From a virus: a DNA stretch of 64,000 bases. Made by a program: the position numbers and the translations under genes. Location: IMG/VR virus record IMGVR_UViG_3300050821_017626, positions 1 to 64,000 of that record; one strand, given 5' to 3'. Each line of letters opens with the position of its first letter. Within the stretch, counting starts at the first letter, position 1. The notes beneath the pieces were generated by a model. The model searched no databases and was not told the DNA's origin. It saw only the letters and a list, made by a program, of their open reading frames with translations. This document shows positions 9,202 to 19,658 of this stretch, piece after piece.

Positions 9202-9561
9202 CTACCGACTGCAACTCAAACGCTCCCGCAGCAGCTCCTCCGCATAGAGGGCCTCATCCTCGCGCTGAATCTCCCGAAATGAGACCTGCAGGGCGTCCAT
9301 GTAGTTCTTCTCCGCCTTCACCTCCGCGTCCAGCGCCTGGCGGTAGGTCTGTTCAGCCATCGCGTCGCGCAAAGCGTAGGCGCCCTTGTCATAGCGACCC
9401 TGGCCGAGCAGGCGATCCCACTCGGTGGACTGGGCCTCCTGCCGCGCTTGGGTGATGTCCTTTGCCCGCCGGGCTTCCGACTTTTCCACCAGCGCATTGT
9501 AAGTATACTGCTGCGCGTCGATCAGTTGGCGCTGCAGTTCTTTGAGCAACATGAAATTCAC
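9202..9561 (-). CDS. Hypothetical coiled-coil protein
   Basis: RBS present; lies within the operon. Confidence 0.55.
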   Translation of the reverse strand: MNFMLLKELQRQLIDAQQYTYNALVEKSEARRAKDITQARQEAQSTEWDRLLGQGRYDKGAYALRDAMAEQTYRQALDAEVKAEKNYMDALQVSFREIQREDEALYAEELLRERLSCSR

Positions 9562-9731
9562 GTCAAATCCTCCCCGATGATGACAGCCACGGTCGGCAAA
9601 GTTCCTGTATCATTCTCTGATTCATCCGCTGCAGGCGCCAGCCTTCGTTCTCCTGCTGCAGTCGCATCGCAACGCGAATGAATTCGATCCCGAATTCTAA
9701 CTCCTGGTGATCCTGTTCCTTTTCCATCGGT

Positions 9732-10403
9732 CTATCTCCAACTCTCTAAAACTTGGCGCAGTTGGGGCAGGGCCTTGTCGACCCTCGCTTTGACTGCGAC
9801 CTGCGAGATGCCGAGTAGACTTCCTGTTTCTCTTAAACTCTTGTCTCTGCCGTCCCCGATTCCGTAATAGGTGACCACTGCTTGCCGCTGCGGCTGCGGC
9901 AGTCGCTCCAGTGCCTGGCGGATGGCCAACTGCAAGAGGCGCTGCTCGATCCCGTCTTCTGGATCGAACAACGAATCCTCCCAACTATCCGACAGTGATA
10001 AAAGCCCCGCTGATTGAGCCTCATTTGGACCGTTCTGGCCCGCTTCTTGCTCTACATAATCCTGAGCCTGTTCGGGCTTCGGGCCGCATCCTTCCCTGCG
10101 AAGGAAGGTTGCGATTCGTTTACGAACTGCATAGGTGAGCGGGACCACAAAGGGGCCGCGCTCCGGGTCCCAGATGGCTATGGCGTCGAGCACAGCAAGC
10201 CTTGTCTCTTGCTGCAAATCGCCCAGCCATCTTTTTTTTGCCTTCCACGCCCACGAAAGCGCTTGCTGTTCGTAGAGGTGGTACAGATCCGCTCTCGCGC
10301 TCATCCAGCCGCACTCATCCCCTTGGGAGAGGCAATACTGCATCCGCTCGTAGAGTCTGAGTGAGAGTTGGTGACGCGCTTTACCGGTGGGTAACATGCG
10401 CAA
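9732..10403 (-). CDS. Divergent sigma-70-family factor
   Basis: DLQQETRLAVLDAIAIWDPERG (region 2) and LPQPQRQAV...SLRETGSLLGIS (region 4). Confidence 0.75.
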   Translation of the reverse strand: MRMLPTGKARHQLSLRLYERMQYCLSQGDECGWMSARADLYHLYEQQALSWAWKAKKRWLGDLQQETRLAVLDAIAIWDPERGPFVVPLTYAVRKRIATFLRREGCGPKPEQAQDYVEQEAGQNGPNEAQSAGLLSLSDSWEDSLFDPEDGIEQRLLQLAIRQALERLPQPQRQAVVTYYGIGDGRDKSLRETGSLLGISQVAVKARVDKALPQLRQVLESWR

Positions 10404-10590
10404 TCACTCCTGCTGCCATGGGCAGCCCAAGTCTCTGACTCCTGAAGGAGCCAGACTCGAAGTGAACACACCTTGGGGCACTACCTTGAGGATCTGGAGG
10501 TATGTCTGGCGGCGAAACCCGCCAGGCCAACCTTCCACGAGGCTCTTGGAGGTCCTAGTTCTTGCGGCTCGTTGGCCGCACCTTCATTCT

Positions 10591-10655
10591 TGCAAAGATC
10601 GTGCCAATCTTTCTTTGGCTCGCTTGCCCTGAAGATGAAGCAAGGACCGTGCCAA
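10591..10655 (-). promoter_or_regulatory. Two tandem sigma54-type (-24/-12) motifs
   Basis: TTGGCACGGTCCTTGCT (10639-10655) and TTGGCACGATCTTTGCA (10591-10607), intergenic and upstream of the sigma-like gene. Confidence 0.7.
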
Positions 10656-10664
10656 ATAATAGGA

Positions 10665-11015
10665 TTACTTGGGTAGTTTTAGGTTGCCGTCAGGCACATC
10701 GGCGAGGTTATAGAAAACCGGCAACCCCCATGTCTTGGCCATCCCATGCTCCAGATCGGCGCCCGGCGAGCGACTGCAGAGGAACAGGGCGTCGCAGCGC
10801 TCCAGGATGGCCAGGTCCCAGGTTAGGTAATCGGCATACGTCACCTCAATCTGACGTTTTTCGGCACATGGCTCCATCAGAACGTTGAGATGCGGGATGT
10901 AAGGGATGTGACCCTTCAGGTGTAATTCTAGGCCAACATCAATGGCCGCGAGGACATTCGCCGCTTTCTCTTCTTCAGTCGGAGCACTGAGCTTTCCGCT
11001 TACATAGATAATCAA
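10665..11015 (-). CDS. Nucleoside 2-deoxyribosyltransferase-like protein (DUF4406/DUF1937 type)
   Basis: IYVSG, PYIPHL, DLAILERCDAL and SPGADLE. Confidence 0.65.
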   Translation of the reverse strand: MIIYVSGKLSAPTEEEKAANVLAAIDVGLELHLKGHIPYIPHLNVLMEPCAEKRQIEVTYADYLTWDLAILERCDALFLCSRSPGADLEHGMAKTWGLPVFYNLADVPDGNLKLPK

Positions 11016-11392
11016 CGATCTCTCCTCCCCCGCTCGTCAATGACACGCCAGCCCGCCTCGGCATAGCCTGCCACGTCGACATTCGTATCGCGTTTGGGCG
11101 CTCCCACATTTATACCGTTTGCATAGCGAGAAAGCTTGCAGAGGTTCATGATCGGGAAAACATCTTCTCCGATGATTTCTGCCCCCTCGGCCAACAGATG
11201 TCGGCTCCTAAAATAGGTTGTCAGATAGGCCGCGAAGGTATCAAAATCATCAATCGGATGCCCATAGTCTGTTTCGCGCGGCCCAAAAACCAGTTTGTGG
11301 GCTTCTAGCGTGACAGGCTGGTACTCATCCTCGTTAGTCAAGACTGTGATCCTGATATTACCGGTCGTCACGTTCGATAAATTCTCTTGCAT
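11012..11392 (-). CDS. DUF6378-like phage nucleotide-metabolism protein
   Basis: GPRETDYGHP, KLSR and DTNVDVAGYA. Confidence 0.65.
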   Translation of the reverse strand: MQENLSNVTTGNIRITVLTNEDEYQPVTLEAHKLVFGPRETDYGHPIDDFDTFAAYLTTYFRSRHLLAEGAEIIGEDVFPIMNLCKLSRYANGINVGAPKRDTNVDVAGYAEAGWRVIDERGRRDR

Positions 11393-11750
11393 TTACTTGC
11401 TTCTCCTGGCAAGAAGGACAGACATCTTTCTCTCCAAATCGGTCCCAACCTGCCTCCTGCGCCTTCTGGATCACCGACCAGGCATTTTCTGTGTCAACGG
11501 TAAATAGGCAGCCGTCGCGGCAGTGGTCGCAGCGTAGGACGTGAGCGAAGATGCGGACCACGCCTTAAATCAGTCTTCGTAGAACGAGCGAGGTTTTGAG
11601 AGCCTCGATCAAGGCGATTGTTTCCCACTCATTGAGTTGGGCGGCGTTCCCATCCAGTTGTAGGAATGCGTAGATATCACCGGGCTTTACGGTGACCCGA
11701 ACGCTTTCGTCTGTCTCGGAGACCTTCATTGTGATTTCCATGGTTCCTCC

Positions 11751-12431
11751 TTACCAACTCATGATGTCATGATTTCGATGGGCCTGACCCCAAAGCTGTT
11801 TGTCAATCCATTCTTGCTCTGTTGTGACCTTGGGCTTCGGGTTGATGTCGCGCTCGATCTCTTTGCGGGACCAAGGGACATACGAATCCTCATAGACTGA
11901 GGCTTCCAGGTCGCAGTAACAGTAGGCCATGGCGTCGGCGCAGTCGGGGCTTTTGCCCGTCCGTTTCTTGATCTCATCCTTAGCTTCCAACTGAATGAGT
12001 CCGACCCGATTGAACCAACGGGGTGTGCAGAGCTGCCCAATTAATTCATCGTCGCGAGGCAAAGTAATCTCGGTTTCATTCCTCGGGTCGAGGCAGTCCC
12101 TGAGATTCCAGTACGCGTAACTGCGCATATTGCGAAATCCAAGGAGACCAGTGGAATCTTTTCGCTCGCAACGGGCATTACCATGGAAGGGAATGACTGG
12201 AAGCCCTTTGTCTCGTAGGATATCCAGCACGCCAGCGCCATAACCACCGTCGCAATCGATGATAATGGCGTCGAAGCGGTATCGGTTGTGGTGTTGGATA
12301 ACCCTGCCAGCGGATTCGAGCGAGTCGGCCTTGCTCCACTTATCCATGACGAGGAATTTCATGTCCTCGCGACCATATAGAACGCTTTTATCCACTCCCT
12401 CTCGGGCGATGTCGACTCCCGCGACCCTCAT
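11751..12431 (-). CDS. Terminase large subunit, C-terminal nuclease domain only
   Basis: GVDIAREGVD, IIDCDGGYGAGVLD, FRNMRS and KRTGKSPDCADA (RNase H-fold TerL nuclease); no ATPase motifs. Confidence 0.85.
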   Translation of the reverse strand: MRVAGVDIAREGVDKSVLYGREDMKFLVMDKWSKADSLESAGRVIQHHNRYRFDAIIIDCDGGYGAGVLDILRDKGLPVIPFHGNARCERKDSTGLLGFRNMRSYAYWNLRDCLDPRNETEITLPRDDELIGQLCTPRWFNRVGLIQLEAKDEIKKRTGKSPDCADAMAYCYCDLEASVYEDSYVPWSRKEIERDINPKPKVTTEQEWIDKQLWGQAHRNHDIMSW

Positions 12432-13653
12432 TCCTTTTTGTTGCCTTTCAATTTTGCTTTAACCTGAATAACACAGGATACGATTGATAGAATGGTAGCC
12501 ACGGCCGCGAGGATCAAAAGCAAAGCTGGGAACAGGATAATTGGCCCCCACTCGACTAAGAATTTCATAGGGCTACTGTTTTCGGAATAGATGGTAGACA
12601 AGGGCATCCACTGCCACAGCGGCAATAAAGAATGCCGCACCACCCCAAGGGTTGTTGTAGTTAAAACAAATTGCGGATGCCCATATACATAGTAAGCCGC
12701 CCACGACGAGCATTCCTTGTGCTTCACTCATCTTGGCTCTTTGCTACTTTCTTTCTCAATTTATTATTCTCGTGTTTGACCATCGCCCACCGCCCGTGCC
12801 AAACAGACGTTAGTTCTATCTGCCGATTCAGTGCCTTCTGCAGGCGTTGCAGCCGAGCCTCGTAATTGGAGACGTATTGCAGAAAATGGGCCGCGCGCCA
12901 TTCATCGGGCGCAATCGGACAAAGGGGGTGATGACCATCGAAGGCGCCGCATTGAGGATGGGGACATTGAATCCTGTCGAGTTGCGTCAACTTAACGTCA
13001 CCAGAATGGTCGAATTCAAGTTCCCACTATACGCTGTACACTCGACCCTAAAATGGGTTAACATATTCTTCAAAAGTACTCTAATTTCAGAATCATCGCA
13101 AACTACCGTTTCAACAGGGCTCCCTAAACAAACCATAGGGCTACCGAACCAATCGACCTCCACTGGCACAGCGTCAGTCTTTACTGGAGCAGTCTCCGTC
13201 ACCTCTATTGGCCCCTTGACCACAATCGTTTCAAACCCCTCCGGCTTCTCCGCATTAGGTATCCGATTACCGTTCATGTCGTGGACGTAGATCAGAGCTT
13301 CATTGAGGCAGTCGTCACACCAGATCACATCTGTAAGCACCGATCCACGCAACTTGACGGAAAAGTTCTTGCTGTTTCTTACATGATGGAGCATCTTACC
13401 ACCTCTCGCTTCCGGGGAGGGCCAACTGCATGGACTTGCCGGTCTCGCCCAGTTCGACGCGGGATGGCCCTGCGACGAATCTTACTTGGGTAGCAATTCC
13501 GTTAGCCAGCAACCGCCTACCCCGAGCCAGGGCTTCCTCGGCACAGTCGTAAAGGATGGGCTCGGTCTCTCCAGCACTATAGCAGTGCCAGTGGCCCTTG
13601 CGCTTGCGATAGATCACCAGGTAATGACTGAGGTCAAATAGCTTTCGAGGCAT
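12428..13653 (-). CDS. Four small hypothetical genes (12428-12727 membrane protein, 12724-12990, 12987-13394, 13396-13653)
   Basis: Abutting ORFs downstream of a TTAACA-class promoter. Confidence 0.55.
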
Positions 13654-13672
13654 CGCGTTCCCTCCAATCTGT

Positions 13673-13702
13673 AGTATACGTCGCCAGGCGCCGACTTGTT
13701 AA
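13673..13702 (-). promoter_or_regulatory. TTAACA-N17-GTATACT promoter (copy 3)
   Basis: Exact motif heading the operon that contains the TerL nuclease gene. Confidence 0.75.
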
Positions 13703-13963
13703 CCGGGCAAGAAAGAAGTTTTTGACCTGCAGATGGGCGCTTGGTTGGCCATAATACGAGAGGTCGAACCCAAGAATGTAATTACGGTAATAATAGTGTG
13801 ATAGGGAGGGTTGCAATGGGTTACACACGAACTGAAAAGAAGGAAGAAGCCAAACGCACGGCAAACAAACTCCTGATCCGCTCGCGGGTGGAGTATGTCG
13901 TCGACTCGGAACGGGTCGATCAGGGATTGCGCCTGATCTTACGTCGCGTGATGGGAGAACCCG

Positions 13964-15742
13964 ATGAGCCGCAACCGCTTCCGAGACCCGGAGAAGACCC
14001 TTGCCCGGTACGACGAACAAGATAGTCAAAAACACCGACCCCTTGCTGGGCGCATTGCCGCTCTCTACGAGCGGGTCTCCGGTGATCGCCAGGCCAAAGA
14101 AGCCAGCATCGAAACTCAAGATTCCTACCTCCGGCAATACTGTCAACACCACGACATCTTCATCTATGACACCTATAAGGACGATCCCGCCAAGAGCGAG
14201 GTCCCAATGGCCGAGCGTGCTGAAGGCCACCGACTGATCGAGGATGCCAAGAGAGACTGTTTCGATCTGGTCTTGGTCCACAGTATTTGCCGCTGGAGTC
14301 GCTACCCCGATGTCTACAAACAGGCACAGGGAACGATGCACAAACTGGGCATCGATCTCGACTGCCCCTCCGAGCATCTCTCCTGGGATTCCCCCGGTGA
14401 ATCCTTCGCCTCCGATGTCCGACTGCGAAGCAGTCAGTTGGTCCGCGATATCATCGACAAGGCTACCAGCGACGGGAAGTATACTTGGGCCGCAAAGGGA
14501 GCCGCTCTCGGAGCTGCGCCCCACTATGGCTATCTTCCCATCCCTGCCCCCGAGTGGGGGAAGAATCGAAAGCGGCTCGTTATCGATGAGCAAGAAGCGG
14601 CTATCATCCGGCGGATCTTCGATCTCCTTGTTCGTCAGCGACTGAGCTGCCGGCAGATTGCGGCTCTCTTCAACCAAGAAGGCGTCCCTTTGCCCAGCGC
14701 GTCTCCGAAATGGGATGGCTTCCGCAATCATGTTTCCGCACGAAAATGCCAGGGCCGCTGGTCGGCCTCTCGCGTCAGCCAGATTGTCCGCGACCGACTG
14801 TTTCTCGGGCAGTGTCTCTACGGAGGAACAGACCAGCGCCGCCCAGTTCTCCGTTTGGTCCCGGCAATCATCGATGCCGAGACGTTCGCGCTGGCGCAAC
14901 TGCGTTTAGCGGAGAATTCAAAACGCTCCAGTCGCAACTCCAAGCGGTGCTATCTGCTTTCCGGCAAACTGCGCTGTGCCACCTGCAACGCGGCTTATAC
15001 CGGCGTCACCGAGAACAATGGGACCAAGGCCAAGGCGCGCGGATGGACGCCGCGCCCCATCTACCGTTGCCAAGGATACCAGCGTAAGTTCGATGGCCAA
15101 GACACCCAGTGTCCCTTCTATCGCTTGCCTGCAGTTGCGCTCGAAGACGATCTGTGGGAAACCCTCGTGAACTACCTCGAACATTACGAGGATCGTCTCA
15201 CCGAACTGCGCGATGAATGGCGCAACGATAGTCAGTCCAGAGGCCGCGCTGCCTGTCAGCGAGACGAACTCTTCCGGCGCCAGCGACGACTTGAAGAGGA
15301 AGAGACGGACGCTCTCCGGGGCAAGAGCCGCCTCGGCTTCGACCTGACCCGCGAGCAAGCCCGACAGATCCTGGATACGGTTCGGGAGGAGAAGAAGCAA
15401 CTAGACATTAAAATCTCTGAACTGGATGCGCTGTTGCTTCATCTCGACCAGCGGCAAGCCCATGTGGAAACTGCCGAGGAGTACATCGAACGATACCGGG
15501 CGAACATTCGCGAGGTGCTTGACCCCAAGATGCGCCAGGAGATCGTCGCGGTGTTCCTCGAATCTGCGCTTGTCAAACCGGGTCCTTCTGGCGAGTGTCT
15601 GGTTACTTACCGGTTCTACACGCACGAGGCACTCTCCGAGCACACATCAATAGCGAAAGCAGGGTCAAGACCTCGCTTTATCAATTGGTGTGTGGAAGTG
15701 GTGCGCATATTGCTCTACGGTAGACAAAGGACCAAGGGATGA
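13964..15742 (+). CDS. Large serine recombinase (integrase-type)
   Basis: YERVS catalytic serine, PHYGY, recombinase domain, YLLSGKLRCATC..YRC Zn ribbon and coiled coil. Confidence 0.9.
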   Translation: MSRNRFRDPEKTLARYDEQDSQKHRPLAGRIAALYERVSGDRQAKEASIETQDSYLRQYCQHHDIFIYDTYKDDPAKSEVPMAERAEGHRLIEDAKRDCFDLVLVHSICRWSRYPDVYKQAQGTMHKLGIDLDCPSEHLSWDSPGESFASDVRLRSSQLVRDIIDKATSDGKYTWAAKGAALGAAPHYGYLPIPAPEWGKNRKRLVIDEQEAAIIRRIFDLLVRQRLSCRQIAALFNQEGVPLPSASPKWDGFRNHVSARKCQGRWSASRVSQIVRDRLFLGQCLYGGTDQRRPVLRLVPAIIDAETFALAQLRLAENSKRSSRNSKRCYLLSGKLRCATCNAAYTGVTENNGTKAKARGWTPRPIYRCQGYQRKFDGQDTQCPFYRLPAVALEDDLWETLVNYLEHYEDRLTELRDEWRNDSQSRGRAACQRDELFRRQRRLEEEETDALRGKSRLGFDLTREQARQILDTVREEKKQLDIKISELDALLLHLDQRQAHVETAEEYIERYRANIREVLDPKMRQEIVAVFLESALVKPGPSGECLVTYRFYTHEALSEHTSIAKAGSRPRFINWCVEVVRILLYGRQRTKG

Positions 15743-16053
15743 AACCTCAAAAAGTGACGATCCTACACCCATGCGGTCATTCAGTCGAGCATCGCTCATC
15801 TTGTCCAAGTGCGTTTGCAGCAAGACAGCAGGAGCGCCCTTGCTTGGCATGTCGGCGGAAACAAGAACGAGCCCAAGGGAGGATAGCCAGGAAGCGCATG
15901 GAGCGTTCGTCTCTGTATCTATGTTTAAGGATGGTAGCTCTTTGTCACCCGGCGAAGAAGGAAGTCCAACTGGAGGAGTTGCCGCCCTCACATCAGCGTT
16001 ATGTTCGGATGTTCGAACGAAAGTACCGGGACTACTTCGGGAGGGATGCCTAG
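15739..16053 (+). CDS. Small Cys/His-rich protein coupled to the recombinase gene
   Basis: ATGA overlap; HPCGH and CLAC motifs. Confidence 0.5.
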   Translation: MKPQKVTILHPCGHSVEHRSSCPSAFAARQQERPCLACRRKQERAQGRIARKRMERSSLYLCLRMVALCHPAKKEVQLEELPPSHQRYVRMFERKYRDYFGRDA

Positions 16054-16109
16054 CGACCCCGCTCTGATTGGGTCCTTCTCAACTGTGAAGCAACATGGTA
16101 TACTACTTC

Positions 16110-16183
16110 GCGCGTATACCCTCGGCTCATTGCAGTCGTAGGGCCTCCTAGTGGCCTCCGGTCTTCACCGGGGGCCTTTTCTT
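16110..16183 (+). ncRNA. Candidate ~70-nt small RNA with its own promoter and terminator
   Basis: Promoter TTCTCA-N17-TATACT with extended TG (16076-16104), a hairpin, a CCTCCT linker and terminator GGCCTCCGGT-CTTC-ACCGGGGGCC-TTTT. Confidence 0.45.
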
Positions 16184-16305
16184 CAACTATTCGAAGCAGC
16201 CTTCTCTTTGCTTGGCATGCTCGTCTACGGTATACTAACGTCGTGCGATTGAAAAGTTGAACCTAAAAGCAACCACCGAGATAGAGGTCTGTCAGGAGGA
16301 GTGTC

Positions 16306-16503
16306 TTGCCGGCAAACTGTCCAGCTCGCCCGGAGGAGCTGATCACCGTAGCCCAAGCAGCTAGGCTTAAAGGTTGCAGCACCCGAGCGATCTACGACGC
16401 TATCCGAACCGGAAAACTCAGGCCCTGGAAAGACGAGCCCGTCCTACTGCGGAAGGTTGACGTGTTAGCTTGGACGCCGACCAAGCCGACAGGGCCTCGG
16501 TAA
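16306..16503 (+). CDS. Excisionase-like HTH protein
   Basis: LITVAQAARLKGCSTRAIYDAIRTGKL; preceded by TTGCTT-N17-TATACT. Confidence 0.7.
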   Translation: MPANCPARPEELITVAQAARLKGCSTRAIYDAIRTGKLRPWKDEPVLLRKVDVLAWTPTKPTGPR

Positions 16504-16518
16504 GGCAAGGCGCCGGAA

Positions 16519-17014
16519 CTAACTGGCGCCTTGCTCTACCAGATCGATGGTTCCTCGTTTTCCTCGCACCCACCGCTCCAACGCCGAGAGAGATTGCCCC
16601 TGCGACCAAGCAAGGATCGGCGCAGTCTTGATGATCGTTCCCTGATCTACCACAACACCCGCGCAGAGATGTGGGAGGACCACCCGATAGAGTTGCGGCT
16701 CAGACGGCAACGGCTGCCTGACGCTTCTGTTTCGATTCCCTCACCCTCTTGCCAATCTCCTGCCGGTTCTGCAACCCCTCGGGAGTATCGGGATCAAACC
16801 GCCGCTGCTGCGCCAAGCTTTTCGCCTGGCGTGTTTCCTCGCTATCGCGCGAACCGGCGGGACGACCCCGCTGTCGGGTTGGCTCGGTGACAAAACTGCT
16901 GATTCGTATCGCTACCGGAATGGAACACCCTCGCATTGACAGCATCTCCAGCGCCGGCAGCACTTCAAGCGCCTCGCTGGAGGTTAGATCGATGATCGTG
17001 TGATTGTTTTCCAT
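16519..17014 (-). CDS. Two small genes (16700-17014 with an RGRP AT-hook-like motif; 16519-16710)
   Basis: Overlapping ORFs downstream of a sigma54-type motif. Confidence 0.5.
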
Positions 17015-17065
17015 CTTCTTTCCCTTTGACCGTGGGGGGGCTTTACGCCCGCCTAACTACTCTTG

Positions 17066-17082
17066 TGCAATATGTGTGCCAA
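17066..17082 (-). promoter_or_regulatory. sigma54-type motif
   Basis: TTGGCACACATATTGCA, intergenic. Confidence 0.65.
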
Positions 17083-17593
17083 AGCGCTACGCGGAAGGCT
17101 TTGTCGTCTGCCGCAAGAGATTATGGCGAGTGAAGAGATGGACTGAAGGTTAAATTATTTGAAGCAACGAGGTGCCGAAAAGTATCGGTAAGCTATTGCT
17201 CGGTCGTCTAAAGATCGGGGCCGAACAACTGCACAGGGCCGCGTGTAGTGGTATTGAACTCCCAAGCCGCCACCGGGTTCAGCCCGTCCATCACCCTAAC
17301 CTCGACGGCGGCGCCACTCAAGATCAGGGCTCGCCCCTTGTGATTTGCCTCGTAAGAATCCAGTTCTTTCCGGCCGCTCAACAGACACCGGTACTGAATC
17401 CATTCCCCTTCTGGCTTCTCGCGGTAGTAGACCTGGGCCATCGATGCTCCTTATGGGGAGGGGTGTTCATCGGTGTTTGGCACGTTTTGTGCAATAACCC
17501 AAAAAATAGGCAAAAAAGACCTAAAGATACTTGAGTTGACGACCGATAACTTGTTGGGAAACGTGAGTAGGAGCCTCCCGCGAGGGGGGGGCA

Positions 17594-17950
17594 TTGATAG
17601 GTTCGGAGAAACAGATGGGTCTCACGGAGACGGAACGGGAAACACTGGTTGGGATCTACCGCCGCGACGTGAGCTACTGGGAGTGGCCCTACTGGGTCGG
17701 CTGCGCGGTGAAACAGGGGCGAGTGAGTATGGGCCTCGCGTATGTGCTGCTGCGCTACCGCCCGCAAGCGGGAATGCCACGACTGCGGAAAGAGATGAAC
17801 GAACTGTACTGGCAATGCCTGGTTGACCGGGCAGATGAGTACGAAATGCGGATCGAGCAGGATCAGGGAAAACTGTTCCTGGTCTCGGATCGGCCGAGCG
17901 ATGAGGTGTTGGAAGAAGAGTTGACAGAAGAACTTTGTTGCACTGAGTGA
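17594..17950 (+). CDS. Hypothetical protein
   Basis: G-rich RBS; near-consensus sigma54-type motif at 17477-17493. Confidence 0.5.
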   Translation: MIGSEKQMGLTETERETLVGIYRRDVSYWEWPYWVGCAVKQGRVSMGLAYVLLRYRPQAGMPRLRKEMNELYWQCLVDRADEYEMRIEQDQGKLFLVSDRPSDEVLEEELTEELCCTE

Positions 17951-18057
17951 CGACCAATTGGAGGGATACAATGAACTCGCAGGTCCTCTGGGGCGATTGA
18001 GGAGGAGCGAGGGCGTTGAGCAGAAAGAGGGCACCCAACGAGGTGCCCTTTTCCTTT

Positions 18058-19152
18058 TCAGGAATAGCGGGCTCGCTGATCCTGAAGAACCTGAAGGGCA
18101 ACGGAAAAGGATTTCCCGAAGAAAGGCAAGAAGTGACGTGTCTCGGGATAGAAGATGAGCATCGGAATGCCGACCGAGCCGCGATAACCGCCCAGGCCCT
18201 GCGCATAGTCATCCATCCTCAAGTATGATCCACAGCGCAAGAAAACAACGTCGCCAAGCGGTTTGCTAACCATCTGCATGTCGTTGTAGTGCTTATCCCC
18301 CATCACAATAGCGTCAGCGTCAGGCCATAACTGCTGATGGATCATGCGCTGTGCGTTGGTTGTGTTGACGGAGCTTTCGTTTTTGAACTTGTGACGGAGG
18401 CCCAGCTTGTATTTTTGATGGCCCACCAGAATATGGACGAGCGCCCCATGCCAAAAATAGGGAACGTTGAGATCAGTCGCCCAACGTTTGGTAAGAGTGA
18501 TCCCCGATGCCTGCTTGCTATTCTCCTCGTGGTTCCCGGTGACCAGGCCGAGCAGCTTAGACTGAACCTTTTTCAGCAGATAGAGAGCGCACTCTTCTTG
18601 CTCTTCGGGACTGGGGAGAACACAATCATGCAACCCTTGGGGGTGCTTTCGCTGGTTCAGATTCTGAATGAGGTCCCCCATCGCGAAGCAATAAAGCCCC
18701 TCCGTGTCCTGGATGGTCTGCGTATCCTTCAAGAGCTGCCGCATCAGGACACCTTTAGCCCCGATCTGCCAATCTCCGGTAAAACAGATCCCGATGGGCT
18801 TGCTCTCCTTGGAAAAATCGACAGTCGCCTGCGTCTGTCCGGCAAAAGCCGCCTCTGCTCTCTCCACCTGCTGCATCGCCAGATCGTAGAGTTCCAACAC
18901 ATCCTCGTCGGAGCCAATGCGCCGATCTGGGAACCGGGCGCCCTCTTCGGGCTGTTGTGGCGGCTGCAATGGGGGGGTGGCTTCTTTGGGTGAATGAAGG
19001 CAGTAATAGTTGCGGATTGCGGAGGGAGATAGGTAGACCTGGAACCGCTCGTAGATGGCCGAGGCCAGTTCTCCCGAGGTGGTGCGGGGGTAGTGCTGGA
19101 GCACGAAGGAGCCAATCTCGGGGTGTGAGGACCATTGAAACGGTTTAGACAA
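18058..19152 (-). CDS. Calcineurin-like metallophosphoesterase with N-terminal extension
   Basis: GDWQ, MGDL, GNHE, RHK and GDKH motifs; TTG start at 19152 follows GGAGGA. Confidence 0.75.
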   Translation of the reverse strand: MSKPFQWSSHPEIGSFVLQHYPRTTSGELASAIYERFQVYLSPSAIRNYYCLHSPKEATPPLQPPQQPEEGARFPDRRIGSDEDVLELYDLAMQQVERAEAAFAGQTQATVDFSKESKPIGICFTGDWQIGAKGVLMRQLLKDTQTIQDTEGLYCFAMGDLIQNLNQRKHPQGLHDCVLPSPEEQEECALYLLKKVQSKLLGLVTGNHEENSKQASGITLTKRWATDLNVPYFWHGALVHILVGHQKYKLGLRHKFKNESSVNTTNAQRMIHQQLWPDADAIVMGDKHYNDMQMVSKPLGDVVFLRCGSYLRMDDYAQGLGGYRGSVGIPMLIFYPETRHFLPFFGKSFSVALQVLQDQRARYS

Positions 19153-19658
19153 GGCTAATCCTCCGAAGCCTCTCCATCCAAAGACCCATAGACAGCGTGA
19201 GTGTAGATGGCTGGCGGTGGGCTGGTAGGTGGGGCTGCAAGGATTATACACCTCGGAAGCCAAGTTTGGCAGATTCTTTGGCCTCTTTCTTGCATTGATG
19301 CCCAAGGAGGGCTAAAATGAAGGTGAAAACGCGCCCAGTACACCTGCGCCGAGGTTTAGGGCTAACCTGGACCTATTGCGGCCGGCGGGTGCAGCGGGTT
19401 GTCTGCGCCGAGCGGCGAGAAGATGTTACCTGCCAACGATGTCTCGCAAGACTGAGGCAGATTGAGAAGGATGCAAACCGGTGAAACTTACATTGGTGGT
19501 CGGAACTGACAACGTTGGATCGGATGTCGAAGAAGTCATAGAAGTTTCAGAAGAAGAACTCGCCGGACTAGATCAGACGGCAAAGGAAAGATTGTTTCAA
19601 AAATACCTGGAAGAATGGGTATGGGAGCATATCGACGCCTGGTATGAGGTAGTGGAGG

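Noticed and set aside
13634-14899. 421-aa minus-strand ORF
   Set aside because: Antisense shadow of the serine recombinase with no recognisable motifs.
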